Part shown: positions 39,637 through 48,363 of the stretch, in pieces | Layout of the letters: every line of letters begins with the position of its first letter | Numbering within the stretch: the first letter of the stretch is position 1 | Source: a bacterium | Lineage (GTDB): Bacteria > BMS3Abin14 | DNA length: 64,000 nucleotides | Direction of reading: 5' to 3' | Assembly: GCA_029210965.1 (NCBI GenBank) | Contig: JARGFZ010000005.1 | Coordinates: 37,901-101,900 of the forward strand | Position numbers and translations under genes: made by a program | Notes under the pieces: generated by a model | The model's input: only the letters and a program-made list of their open reading frames with translations | What the model was told of the DNA's origin: nothing | Database searches by the model: none

Positions 39637-39936
39637 TTAGCTGTACTCAATATACTCCGTAAAAATTTTGCATCCCAGAACCTGGGCAAGACTGCAAAGG
39701 TAGTCTTCCACATCGCCCAGGTCGCAGTCCTTGGTCACCACCTCAAGTGTTTTCCCGTCTATGGCAAAATACACCGTTGGAAAGCCCCAGCTATCCGGGC
39801 TGAACCTGGCTCCCCGCTCGCCCAAAAGGGTGTAAGTACCAGGTTTATCACTCCATGCTTCCAGTTTGGTTTTGATCTCGTCCAATTTCTGCTCTTTTTC
39901 AAATTCACATATTTTGTAACTAAAGTCATCGTACAT
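39637..39936 (-). CDS. hypothetical protein (99 aa, no recognised family)
   Basis: ATG 39936 with a purine-rich upstream tract. Acidic, no signal peptide or TM segment. The stop abuts the repeat element. Confidence 0.5.
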   Translation of the reverse strand: MYDDFSYKICEFEKEQKLDEIKTKLEAWSDKPGTYTLLGERGARFSPDSWGFPTVYFAIDGKTLEVVTKDCDLGDVEDYLCSLAQVLGCKIFTEYIEYS

Positions 39937-40107
39937 GGCTGTGGTGCCCCCTCATTCAGTAAACTGTTCTGTGTCAGCATTCCACCGACGCTTCTTTGGT
40001 GAAAGGATGCTTTTCTTCAATGATCCGCAAAAAATACCCAGGGCACAATGAGCGGAGGATAAGGAAACGGGAGGGGACGGTATGTCCCCTCCCGCCGGTA
40101 AAGCAAT

Positions 40108-41037
40108 TTATTTCTCTGCAGCCAGATCTCTCTTGGTCTTACGGCCAAGGTAGATCCTGTTCGGATCGCAAACCATCCGCGCGATCTTGATCTCCTCGTG
40201 AGAGGGAGCCGCGAAAGGCTTGAAGTCCTTTGCTTTTTTGAGCTGCCAGCTTACGTTCTCCGTAACGAGGGACTCGTCGATGCCGGGGTAGATCTCCGAC
40301 ATCTCGAGTTCGCCGGTCTCAGGGCTGGAGCGGAAGATGCACAGGTCGGACACGATGGTGGTCCCGCTTCCGCGGAAAAGACCCATGTGCCAGCGGTCCT
40401 CGGCGGTGCCCAGGGGGCCCCTGCTTCCGGTAACTGAGGTGACGTACTCGTTCACCTCGGGGAAGCGCCTCTTCTCCTGAACCATCATGGCGAGACCCAT
40501 GTCGGCGTAGGAGGCGATGTTGTTGGCGCCACCGGAACCGGCAAAGCGCACTGCGGGACCGGTCTTGCCATCGTCACGGGCGCTCTTGGAGTAGTAGCCG
40601 CCCATGGCGGTGGAGTTCAGGTTCCCGTACTTGTCGCACTCCGCCCCGCCCAGCATTCCGAAAGTGCAGAAACCGCGCTGGGCGAAGGTGCCGAAGGTAT
40701 CGGCCATGTTGGAGAGGGTGGAACACATGTAGCCACCCCTGGCCTCGGAAACGGAGATGGGGACTTCGATAAGCTTGGGATCGAGGATCCCGGCCTCCAT
40801 GATGATGAGGGCGTTGGGGGCGTAGGTGTGCTGGGCCATCATGCATCCGATCATGGGAAGACCGGTGCCGGCAAAGATGAACGAAAAGTCATAGGTCTGC
40901 CGGGCAGCCGCGATGCAAAGCAGCTCCATTGTCGTATACTTCTCTGGATCGATCCCCTTTTCCTTGCAATACGCCTCATACTCAGTGTCATCCACATGAG
41001 TCCAGGCCTTGGGATCGGATTGTCTAATAACGGACAT
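40108..41037 (-). CDS. CoA-transferase subunit B (glutaconate CoA-transferase-like)
   Basis: 309 aa. ELLCIAAARQTY..IFAGTGLPMIG.., family I CoA-transferase beta-subunit pattern. GAGGAGG RBS. Confidence 0.8.
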   Translation of the reverse strand: MSVIRQSDPKAWTHVDDTEYEAYCKEKGIDPEKYTTMELLCIAAARQTYDFSFIFAGTGLPMIGCMMAQHTYAPNALIIMEAGILDPKLIEVPISVSEARGGYMCSTLSNMADTFGTFAQRGFCTFGMLGGAECDKYGNLNSTAMGGYYSKSARDDGKTGPAVRFAGSGGANNIASYADMGLAMMVQEKRRFPEVNEYVTSVTGSRGPLGTAEDRWHMGLFRGSGTTIVSDLCIFRSSPETGELEMSEIYPGIDESLVTENVSWQLKKAKDFKPFAAPSHEEIKIARMVCDPNRIYLGRKTKRDLAAEK

Positions 41038-41077
41038 ATCTTACCTCCTCATTGGGCAAGAAGATTCAGCCAAAGCC

Positions 41078-42232
41078 TTACAGAGGCCTGGCCAGACCAG
41101 GCTTGTAGCCATACGTAGAATCGGCACGAAGTTCGAAGAGCCTCTGGAGACCTTTTGTCCCGGTGATCGTGGGGTAGCCGTCACCCGGGCGCGTGGACAG
41201 GAAGGTCCACTCGTCTTCCATGACCCAGTCTTTAATGTATTTGTTGACCTCGGCCTTTTCCTTCCGGTTGACCTGAGTGTAGGCTCTCCAGAAATCCCAG
41301 TCGTAGTCGTAGTAATACGGGACCTGGCCGGGGAAACCGCCGTAGGGCACTTCGACGATGGCGTCGATATACTGCATGGCGATGGTGTTGGAATACGGCT
41401 GAGCGCGGAGCTCTTCTTCCGTAACAACCTTCTCAGTCTGAACAACGCAGTACTTGGCTGAAATAGCCTGCTCGGCGTCAGGTCCCAGGATACCTTCGAT
41501 CCGGGTAGTACCTTTCTCGCCGACCCTCTGGGCGAGGATGATGGTCACCTCGGGAAGGATGGGCGGAACCAGGATAACCTTGACACCCTTGTTGCCGGTG
41601 TAGGCGGTTGACTCGCGGATCAGATCGAGAGCGTTGGTCTTGTTGGAAGTACCGTCGCCGTCTTCAAAGGCATGGGGGCGCAGGCCCCACCCGTCGAATG
41701 GATCTTCGATGACTGCCATTCGATGGGGAGCGACGGATGGATGGATCCAGGACCCATCGGCCTTCTTGCCGCGGAGGCCCATTTTCTTGAAGGTGTCATT
41801 ATCCATCATGCTGGTCCCGAACTCCGACATACAGGGAGCGAAGGGCCAGCCGTAGCGTCCCGCCACCGTCCGGAGACCGTAGCCGTAGTTGGAGTAATCC
41901 TCTACGTCGATGGTGCCGTCCTGAATGGAGCGGCGGACACTGTATGCCACCGGCTGGATGCCTTCCAGTCCGATATACGTCGTGTCCAGAAGTTTAACCA
42001 GTCCGGCTGCGGCCCAGAACTCACAAATGGAGGCACCGCCGTTCATGGTAACGAAAAGGTCCTTGATATCCTGACGGATCACCTCACGTGCCAGCGCCAT
42101 TGGCTTCTTGGTATAGCTGAAGCCGCCGGGGCAGATGCAGGTTCCCTTCTTGACGAAGGTCTTGACCGCATCAGAGAGGGACATGATCTTGTCTTTTCCC
42201 CTCATAAAAGTGGGGATAGTCGCCTCTGCCAT
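41078..42232 (-). CDS. CoA-transferase subunit A (glutaconate CoA-transferase-like)
   Basis: 384 aa. KIMSLSDAVKTFVKKGTCICPGGF..PMALAREVIRQDIKDL. Paired with subunit B. Confidence 0.8.
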   Translation of the reverse strand: MAEATIPTFMRGKDKIMSLSDAVKTFVKKGTCICPGGFSYTKKPMALAREVIRQDIKDLFVTMNGGASICEFWAAAGLVKLLDTTYIGLEGIQPVAYSVRRSIQDGTIDVEDYSNYGYGLRTVAGRYGWPFAPCMSEFGTSMMDNDTFKKMGLRGKKADGSWIHPSVAPHRMAVIEDPFDGWGLRPHAFEDGDGTSNKTNALDLIRESTAYTGNKGVKVILVPPILPEVTIILAQRVGEKGTTRIEGILGPDAEQAISAKYCVVQTEKVVTEEELRAQPYSNTIAMQYIDAIVEVPYGGFPGQVPYYYDYDWDFWRAYTQVNRKEKAEVNKYIKDWVMEDEWTFLSTRPGDGYPTITGTKGLQRLFELRADSTYGYKPGLARPL

Positions 42233-42274
42233 AACCTATTCTCCTTTCATCCTGATCTTGGCTGATAAAGCCGT

Positions 42275-42643
42275 TTAACTCTTGAGCTCCAACCTGCGAT
42301 TCCAGGTCGCACGAAGGATCCGGTCCATCCGGTCTCTGCTGTTCCTGGAGTGTTCCAGGATGTCGGAGAAATGACGAATACCGGTCTTGATCTCTTCTTC
42401 AATAACGTCCAGCGTCATCTTGTCACTGATCTTGTTGATCTCCGTCTCCAGCGTCTCGAGAGTCTCGGGCACCCTCCTGAGAGGGATGCGCATGTCGTTG
42501 TAGGCCACGGCGACAATAGTCATGTCCCATGCCGCGGAGATAACCTTCTGCCAGGTCTCCAACGATTCCTTGGGCTCAACACTCGGAGAAAGTTTAAATT
42601 CCTCTTCCGATATCTGGGCCCGCATGCGTTTGCGTTGCTCCAT
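42275..42643 (-). CDS. hypothetical protein (122 aa, helical, no recognised family)
   Basis: Strong RBS GGAAGGAGG before ATG 42643. Co-directional and tightly spaced with the CoA-transferase genes. Confidence 0.6.
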   Translation of the reverse strand: MEQRKRMRAQISEEEFKLSPSVEPKESLETWQKVISAAWDMTIVAVAYNDMRIPLRRVPETLETLETEINKISDKMTLDVIEEEIKTGIRHFSDILEHSRNSRDRMDRILRATWNRRLELKS

Positions 42644-42721
42644 ATTTACACCTCCTTCCGTTATAGGACTTTTTGTTTTTCATTCAGTGTGCTGATTCGA
42701 GCATCAATCTATTTGTTAATA

Positions 42722-42872
42722 GAGTCGCAAAAAGTCCATTCGCGGCTTTTTGCTCCACGGAAAACGAAAAGTGTCATTTCCGTTTTCCCTACAAATCAAT
42801 GACTGACATTGCTGGTCATTGATTTGGGCGCCCCACTGGAGCGCGTTGATGACTTTTTACGAAGTCATCAAC
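42722..42872 (+). repeat. multi-hairpin dispersed element, reference full copy (A)
   Basis: Five consecutive hairpins: GCAAAAAGTCC/GGCTTTTTGC; GGAAAACG/CGTTTTCC; AAATCAATGAC/GTCATTGATTT; GCGCCCC/GGAGCGC; TTGATGACTT/AAGTCATCAA. Lies in the spacer between the ligase gene and the 122-aa ORF. Confidence 0.88.
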
Positions 42873-42881
42873 GCTCTGATA

Positions 42882-44255
42882 TTACTTCTTGCGCCTGTCA
42901 TCAACACGGGCGCTGGCAGTCTTTCCCTCTCCGGATGTGGCACGGGGCAGCTCGTCGGGACCGATCAGATCCACGACCTTGGGGTTCACATCGGTGACAC
43001 CCTTGACAGCGTTCTTCATCTCGACCTTCAAGCGGTCCACAAGGGCGCTGTCGCTGAGGAACGCTTTGTCCTTGAGCTCGATCCTCAGGGTGAAAAAGTC
43101 CATGCCCCTTTTGTCGGTCTCGACGACGATACGGAAGTTGGCCCCCATCTCGGGGAAGGGCGACAGAGCCTCTTCAACCTGGCTCGGGAAAACAATGAGG
43201 CCGGAGATGGACACGGCGTCATCGGAGCGCCCCTTGATGGCCGCCATCCTGGGATGGGTCCTGCCACAGGCACAGACTTTCCAGGTCAGGGATGCAAGGT
43301 CCCGGCTCCTGTAGCGGATGAGAGGGGTCCCCGTGTTAACCAGGTTGGTCCACACCATTTCCCCATCCTCGCCGTCGCCCACAGGCTCCCCGGTATCAGG
43401 GTTGATGCACTCAGCCAGGAGGTGATCGGCCCAGGCGTGCATCTTCTGTGGCATATCCTCCGTACGTGCTTCACACTCACAGGTCATGCCGGGCCCGAGA
43501 AACTCGGTCATACCGAATTCATCAAAGGCCTTGACGCCAAACAGTTCTTCGATCTTGACGCGGGTGGCCCAGGGCCAAGGCTCGGCACCGTGAAGGCTGA
43601 CCTTGCATGTGGAGTCCTTGGCCAGATCAAAACCCTTCTCCTGAGCCTTCTGTCCAACGTAAAGGGCGAAGGACGGTGTGGCGCAGAATGAATGAACCGG
43701 CAGGTCCACCAGGATGTCTACCATTCGGTCCGACTGGCCGCCGGACAGCGGTATGGGTGCGGCGCCCATTCTCTGCGCGCCGTAATGGAATCCGAAACCG
43801 CCTGTGGGAAGCCCGTACCCGAAGGAGTTCAGGAAGATGTCTCCCGGGCGGGCACCAACCATCCAGAGCTCCCGGGCGTTCCGGTCGGCCCACAGGTCGA
43901 TATCGTGCTCGTTGGCAAAGATGAGAACCGGCTTACCTGTGGTTCCGGATGTACTGTGCATCTCCCTCATCTCAGACATGTCGCCTGTGACGATCTTTGT
44001 GGGATAACCGTCCCGGATGGTCCCCTTCTCCATGAAAGGCACCTTGCTGATGTCGTCAAGGGTCTTCAGGTCGCTCGGGTTAAAACCGGCGTCATCGTAG
44101 ACCTTCTTGAAATAAGGGTTCGTGTTATAAATGTAGCTTACCTGTTTTTTAAGGAGATCAAGCTGAAGCTTCTTGAGCTTCTCGACCGGCATGGTCTCGA
44201 TCTCTGGCTGAAAGTATGGGCTCTTAGGATCCTGAGTTCTCGTTTTGACCTGCAT
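42882..44255 (-). CDS. phenylacetate-CoA ligase family enzyme (PaaK-like), copy 2
   Basis: 457 aa from MQVKTRTQDPKSPYFQPEIETMPVEKLKKLQLDLLKKQV..FYKKVY, with GGAGGAG RBS. Same architecture as copy 1. Confidence 0.85.
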   Translation of the reverse strand: MQVKTRTQDPKSPYFQPEIETMPVEKLKKLQLDLLKKQVSYIYNTNPYFKKVYDDAGFNPSDLKTLDDISKVPFMEKGTIRDGYPTKIVTGDMSEMREMHSTSGTTGKPVLIFANEHDIDLWADRNARELWMVGARPGDIFLNSFGYGLPTGGFGFHYGAQRMGAAPIPLSGGQSDRMVDILVDLPVHSFCATPSFALYVGQKAQEKGFDLAKDSTCKVSLHGAEPWPWATRVKIEELFGVKAFDEFGMTEFLGPGMTCECEARTEDMPQKMHAWADHLLAECINPDTGEPVGDGEDGEMVWTNLVNTGTPLIRYRSRDLASLTWKVCACGRTHPRMAAIKGRSDDAVSISGLIVFPSQVEEALSPFPEMGANFRIVVETDKRGMDFFTLRIELKDKAFLSDSALVDRLKVEMKNAVKGVTDVNPKVVDLIGPDELPRATSGEGKTASARVDDRRKK

Positions 44256-44694
44256 AGCTCCTGTTTCTCCTCCCTGGTAATCAAAGCGGACCAACTGCCC
44301 CCAGAACCCACGGGTTAAAGGAACCGTTGTCACGCCCGGGCATGAAGCCCCATTATTTCAGATATCTGCCCCCCCGTTCGGGCGACTTTGAGCAGATTGG
44401 CGAACTGTTTGGTTATTAAGAACAAACTGACGTTCTTTTCAGGTGTACTTTTCTAGAAAAAGAAGCGGGTGAACTTCTTCGCCACCCCCTCAATCAGCCT
44501 ATTCAATGATTTAATATGCTGTTTTACTGTGCGATATAACGGAGTTTTATAACACCGTTTTAAGTGTGTCAAGAAAAAAGGGGAAAAAAGAACATTCCAG
44601 CAGTTTCAATAACGTTATTGGGGGTTCAGTCAACAAGGATAATAACCTAAAAAATAGATATTATGGGGTTTCCAAGAGGCTTTTGGAGCGACAT

Positions 44695-44728
44695 TAGAGT
44701 GCATTATTTTGCAGAGTGCATTATTTTG
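44695..44728. promoter_or_regulatory. perfect 17-bp tandem direct repeat
   Basis: AGAGTGCATTATTTTGC x2, with a partial third occurrence (AAAATGCAGAGTGG) about 40 nt downstream. Lies 440-470 nt upstream of the copy-2 ligase start. Confidence 0.4.
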
Positions 44729-44883
44729 CACGCACAAGCGGTTTGCAGACCAAAACGGCCAAAATGCAGAGTGGGGAGATTTCAGCCGAACATTTTGATA
44801 ACCGATGTTTTATTTTAGGGGACTATTCAGATCCGTTTATTGCAGTAAAACGGAATTTGGGCCAGATCCCGGAGGGACTGGGG

Positions 44884-44992
44884 AAGAATGAAGAATGTAG
44901 AACGTAGAATAATAAACCAGCTTCAGCCTTTAGTTGTGATTTTCAGCTTTTGATCTTCATCTGAGTTCTACATTCTGAGTTCTACATTCTAG
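44884..44992. repeat. inverted arrays (GAATGTAGAAC words; 14-mer CTGAGTTCTACATT x2)
   Basis: GAAGAATGAAGAATGTAGAACGTAGAAT ... CTGAGTTCTACATTCTGAGTTCTACATTCTAG. The right arm runs into the peptidase stop codon. Confidence 0.85.
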
Positions 44993-46203
44993 ACCTTTAT
45001 TATTTCCCTCTCCGTCACGGTAAGCCTCTCCAGCCCATCGTCGGTTACCAGATAAGTGTCTTCAATTCCTGTTATCCCTTTACCCGGGTGAAAGACCTTG
45101 GGTTCCAAAGCAAAAACCATCCCGACTGCGAGGGGGCAGTCCAGTCTGGGAGCCAGGAAAGGGTATTCGTCCACTTCAAGTCCAACGCCGTGGCCCACGA
45201 AGCGAACCTGCTCTCCCGGAGGACCCATAAAGCGATCCGCGATCCCCATTTCCCCGGCAGCTGAAACAGCGGTATCGTACAGGCTGCTCCAGGCAGCCCC
45301 TGGCCGGGCTTCCAGGACCACCCGGCCCTGAATATCACGAGCCTGGTTGAACCCCTCTTCCAGCCCTTCATCCAGATCACCTATGACCATCAACCTCGTC
45401 TGGTCGATGAGGTAACCACCAACGTTGCCTACGAAGTCCACACTCACCGGCTCGTTACGCTTTATGGTCCTGAACCCGGCGCCCTGGGCGATGGAGGGGT
45501 TGACCCCTTTGCCGCCGGAGGGTGCGTCGATGTGGGACATAAGAGCCGAATGTTCCCCTGTGATGATGTGACCGTAGAAAAGCTCCTGGTTAAAACCCCG
45601 CATTCGGAGGATCCCCTGGTGGCCTAACTCCCGGGCCCGCTTTTCCAGGATCGAGGCGAACTCCACCTCTCTCATCCCTTCCGTCAGGGTCTCCCTTGCC
45701 GTGTCGATGACCTTTCCCACCTGGACACCCGCCGCTCTTATCCTCTCTATTTCATAGGCAGATTTGATGGCCCGGACCTCCCGGACAAGAGGGCCCAGGT
45801 CGACCCAGTCCGCTCCCTCCACCATAGAGGAAAAGCGCTGGTACAGGGCAGCCGGGATCACGTCCAGCTCGAGACCAAGCCTGGTAGCGTGCAGGGCATC
45901 GAGGTCCTCAAGTGAAAGAGGTATCTCCTTGAAACTCTTGAACGGGATCAACTGAAGGGGGGTCTCTGCCTTTGCCCTTTCCAACGATCTGCGGCACAGG
46001 TAGCGGGGATCTCCCTCGGCAGGGATTATAAGCACGCCGTCCTGGATCGTGCCGGAGAAATAGAACCGGTCGATAAGCTGCACGATGAGAGCAGCCTTGA
46101 TCTCCTGGCGCTGGAGGAGGGACTGGAATCTTGAAATCCTTGAACGGATCTCTTCCTCAGGGACAGTATTATACGTTAGGGCTATTGAATCATAATCGGG
46201 CAT
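44989..46203 (-). CDS. M24-family metallopeptidase (Xaa-Pro aminopeptidase / creatinase-like)
   Basis: 404 aa from MPDYDSIALTY. Pita-bread fold motifs HGVGLEVDEYP, FALEPKVF, GIEDTYLVT. The listed upstream extension is repeat DNA. Confidence 0.85.
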   Translation of the reverse strand: MPDYDSIALTYNTVPEEEIRSRISRFQSLLQRQEIKAALIVQLIDRFYFSGTIQDGVLIIPAEGDPRYLCRRSLERAKAETPLQLIPFKSFKEIPLSLEDLDALHATRLGLELDVIPAALYQRFSSMVEGADWVDLGPLVREVRAIKSAYEIERIRAAGVQVGKVIDTARETLTEGMREVEFASILEKRARELGHQGILRMRGFNQELFYGHIITGEHSALMSHIDAPSGGKGVNPSIAQGAGFRTIKRNEPVSVDFVGNVGGYLIDQTRLMVIGDLDEGLEEGFNQARDIQGRVVLEARPGAAWSSLYDTAVSAAGEMGIADRFMGPPGEQVRFVGHGVGLEVDEYPFLAPRLDCPLAVGMVFALEPKVFHPGKGITGIEDTYLVTDDGLERLTVTEREIIKV

Positions 46204-46301
46204 GGTAATTCTCCGTTCACAGATTTCAAGATTCGTACGCGCGTGTATGCGTGGAGCGTGAATCCGTAAGTTCCCGGTCGACCTATGGACCTGCCGACCT
46301 T

Positions 46302-46335
46302 CGCACACACGCACGTACACACTTACGCACACACG
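46302..46335. repeat. array of GCACACA/CGTACAC words
   Basis: CGCACACACGCACGTACACACTTACGCACACACG. Inverse words (GTGTGTGCGT, TACGCAAT, CGTACGTGCG) occur at 48020-48290, on the other side of the beta-helix gene. Confidence 0.75.
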
Positions 46336-46339
46336 TCTT

Positions 46340-48121
46340 TTACGGTACCTCTATCGCCCCTATATCCCCCATGGCACCCGCCGGGCGGGTATTACCCAGC
46401 TGATCAGTGTTGATTAGGCTTACAGAGCTGGTTCTTCTCCTTATAACTGTCGGTCCGTTACCGCTCTCGTAGAACTGTTCCCAGAAGTCGTCGGCGAGTT
46501 TCTCGGTACCCAAAGGTCCCGGGCTGGCGGCGATGGCGGCATCCAGATCCCTCCAGAACGTGATCCATGGCTGGTTTTCAGGGTGGTCATCGGGGTCCGG
46601 CCAGGTGACAACCGGGCCATAGAAAGTCACCCCTGACAGCGCCGTGGTATCGAACAAGGCACTGTAATTCTGATCATATCGAGAATCGATCTCATTAAGA
46701 ACATCCAAGAGGAAACCGTCACCCTCGCCAAAGGGTATCTGGGTGGAAAAGCCCGCCTCTATATATGTCACCATGTATCCGGCGTCCGGTATGGCGTCCA
46801 GAGCATCCCCCGCAGGGGGATACCAAAGGACCGTGTCTTGCCCGGGGCTCACTCCCACCGACTGGATGGTCGGATGGTACTGGATGGTTCCCAGAAAAAG
46901 AACGTCCGAGACCTGCACACCGTCCTGATCCCCCTCCTTGGGATAGTGTTTCCGGCTGAGATAATAACTCCACCATGGGACCGGCACGTGGATGTAATCG
47001 AAATTCAGATTCCCGATGAGGTTGTAGCCCCAGCTGTAAAAATAGATGAGTGATCCGGTAAACAGATCGCTGGCCTCGCCATCCACTGTGTTGCCGGCGA
47101 TGATGGACTGCTGGATCTGCATGTCTTCAACGACGTGGGCATCGCCAACCGTGGCCCCCACGCCGCCCCCGCTCATGTTGGGCTCCCCGTGGAAGGTGGC
47201 CGCATAACCGGTCACTTCATTCTCAGCGATGGTACATCCGTCGATCCTGAGGTAACCATTGGACATATATACGCCACCGCCTCTGTAGTAACGCTCCTTC
47301 GGGTCTGTATCTCCGAAGCCCGGGATATCCGGATTGTGCATGACCTTGTTGCGGGCGATGGTGCTGCTGGTAATGGTGATGGGTTCCGTATTGGTGCGGC
47401 CCCCTCCATCGGTATATATTCCCCCACCGTAGGTGTGCTGGCCGGCGACCCTGTTGCCGGTGACGGCGCACCTCGTGATGCTTAAGTCCAACGTTGAATC
47501 CCAGCCCCCGGTGGAAGACACGCCACCGCCGGCCGCACCGTACCCCTTGCCAGAGTTGCCGCTGATGACGCAATCCTCGAGAATGAGGACGTCACCGTAG
47601 ATACCGCCGCCGAAGGCGCCCTGATCCCGCCAGTGAAGAGGTTCACCCTTGAGCATATTGCCGCTGATCTCGCAGTTGGTCAGGCGCGCCACGCCCCAGG
47701 TTGCAACACCGCCGCCCCGGGCGAGAGTGAAAGCCTGATCGAAACACATCCCGAGGGGATAGCAGGCGGTAAGGAATACAGCGCTGGCGACACCGGAGGA
47801 GATGTTAACGTTCGCCATGGTCAGATCGCCGTACACGGCCAGTACGCGGGCCGGGTCAACCTCGCCACCCGTCCAGTTGAGGGTAATACCGCCAGGAAGG
47901 TCTGAGGCGTCTATGGTCAGGTCTTTGCGGGCGTACAGTGCCGATACGCCATAATCTCTATCCTGGTAACCAAGAAATCCGGGATCGAACACCTCACCTT
48001 GAAAAATTTCGTGGGTGCGCTCCCGCAAACAGCCGCCGTGCGTCCGTAATTGCGTAAAGCGTACGTGCGAAAGGCAAATCATCATTCTATCTACTTTTAA
48101 CATAAATACGTATTTGGCCAT
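46340..48121 (-). CDS. right-handed parallel beta-helix repeat protein (Pmp / choice-of-anchor-Q-like), no export signal visible
   Basis: 593 aa. Repeated GGG(I/V)Y ... C.I..N turns (FGGGIYGDVLILEDCVISGNSG, YGGGIYTDGGG, RGGGVYMSNGYLRIDGCTIAENEV). C-terminal ..DIGAIEVP. The N-terminal 40 aa are encoded by repeat-type DNA, with no RBS and no signal peptide. Confidence 0.65.
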   Translation of the reverse strand: MAKYVFMLKVDRMMICLSHVRFTQLRTHGGCLRERTHEIFQGEVFDPGFLGYQDRDYGVSALYARKDLTIDASDLPGGITLNWTGGEVDPARVLAVYGDLTMANVNISSGVASAVFLTACYPLGMCFDQAFTLARGGGVATWGVARLTNCEISGNMLKGEPLHWRDQGAFGGGIYGDVLILEDCVISGNSGKGYGAAGGGVSSTGGWDSTLDLSITRCAVTGNRVAGQHTYGGGIYTDGGGRTNTEPITITSSTIARNKVMHNPDIPGFGDTDPKERYYRGGGVYMSNGYLRIDGCTIAENEVTGYAATFHGEPNMSGGGVGATVGDAHVVEDMQIQQSIIAGNTVDGEASDLFTGSLIYFYSWGYNLIGNLNFDYIHVPVPWWSYYLSRKHYPKEGDQDGVQVSDVLFLGTIQYHPTIQSVGVSPGQDTVLWYPPAGDALDAIPDAGYMVTYIEAGFSTQIPFGEGDGFLLDVLNEIDSRYDQNYSALFDTTALSGVTFYGPVVTWPDPDDHPENQPWITFWRDLDAAIAASPGPLGTEKLADDFWEQFYESGNGPTVIRRRTSSVSLINTDQLGNTRPAGAMGDIGAIEVP

Positions 48122-48363
48122 TTTAACATTAACTCATGAATGCAACAACGGCAGATTGGATTAGATCCCTCGTGTGTGCGTCGGGCGTAACTGCATACAT
48201 GCGAAAGGAAATGAAAAAGCAAGATTTATTCGTACCCGCACAATTTCGCACCTACGCAATTACTCACGCACGCTCTCACTGTGGATCGGATTTGAATTGC
48301 TATTTTCACCCCGTGTCTCCGTGTCTCCCCTTCTCCGTGTCCAGTGGTTGGTTTCGAGAGGTT

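Noticed and set aside
46204-46332. N-terminal extension of the M24 peptidase (ORF listed from 46332); likewise the extensions of IclR-1 (to 37543), purA (to 14868), the SEC-C protein (to 12896) and the binding protein (from 57901)
   Set aside because: The extensions run through repeat arrays. Internal ATG or GTG codons with good Shine-Dalgarno sequences give proteins starting at the conserved family N-termini.
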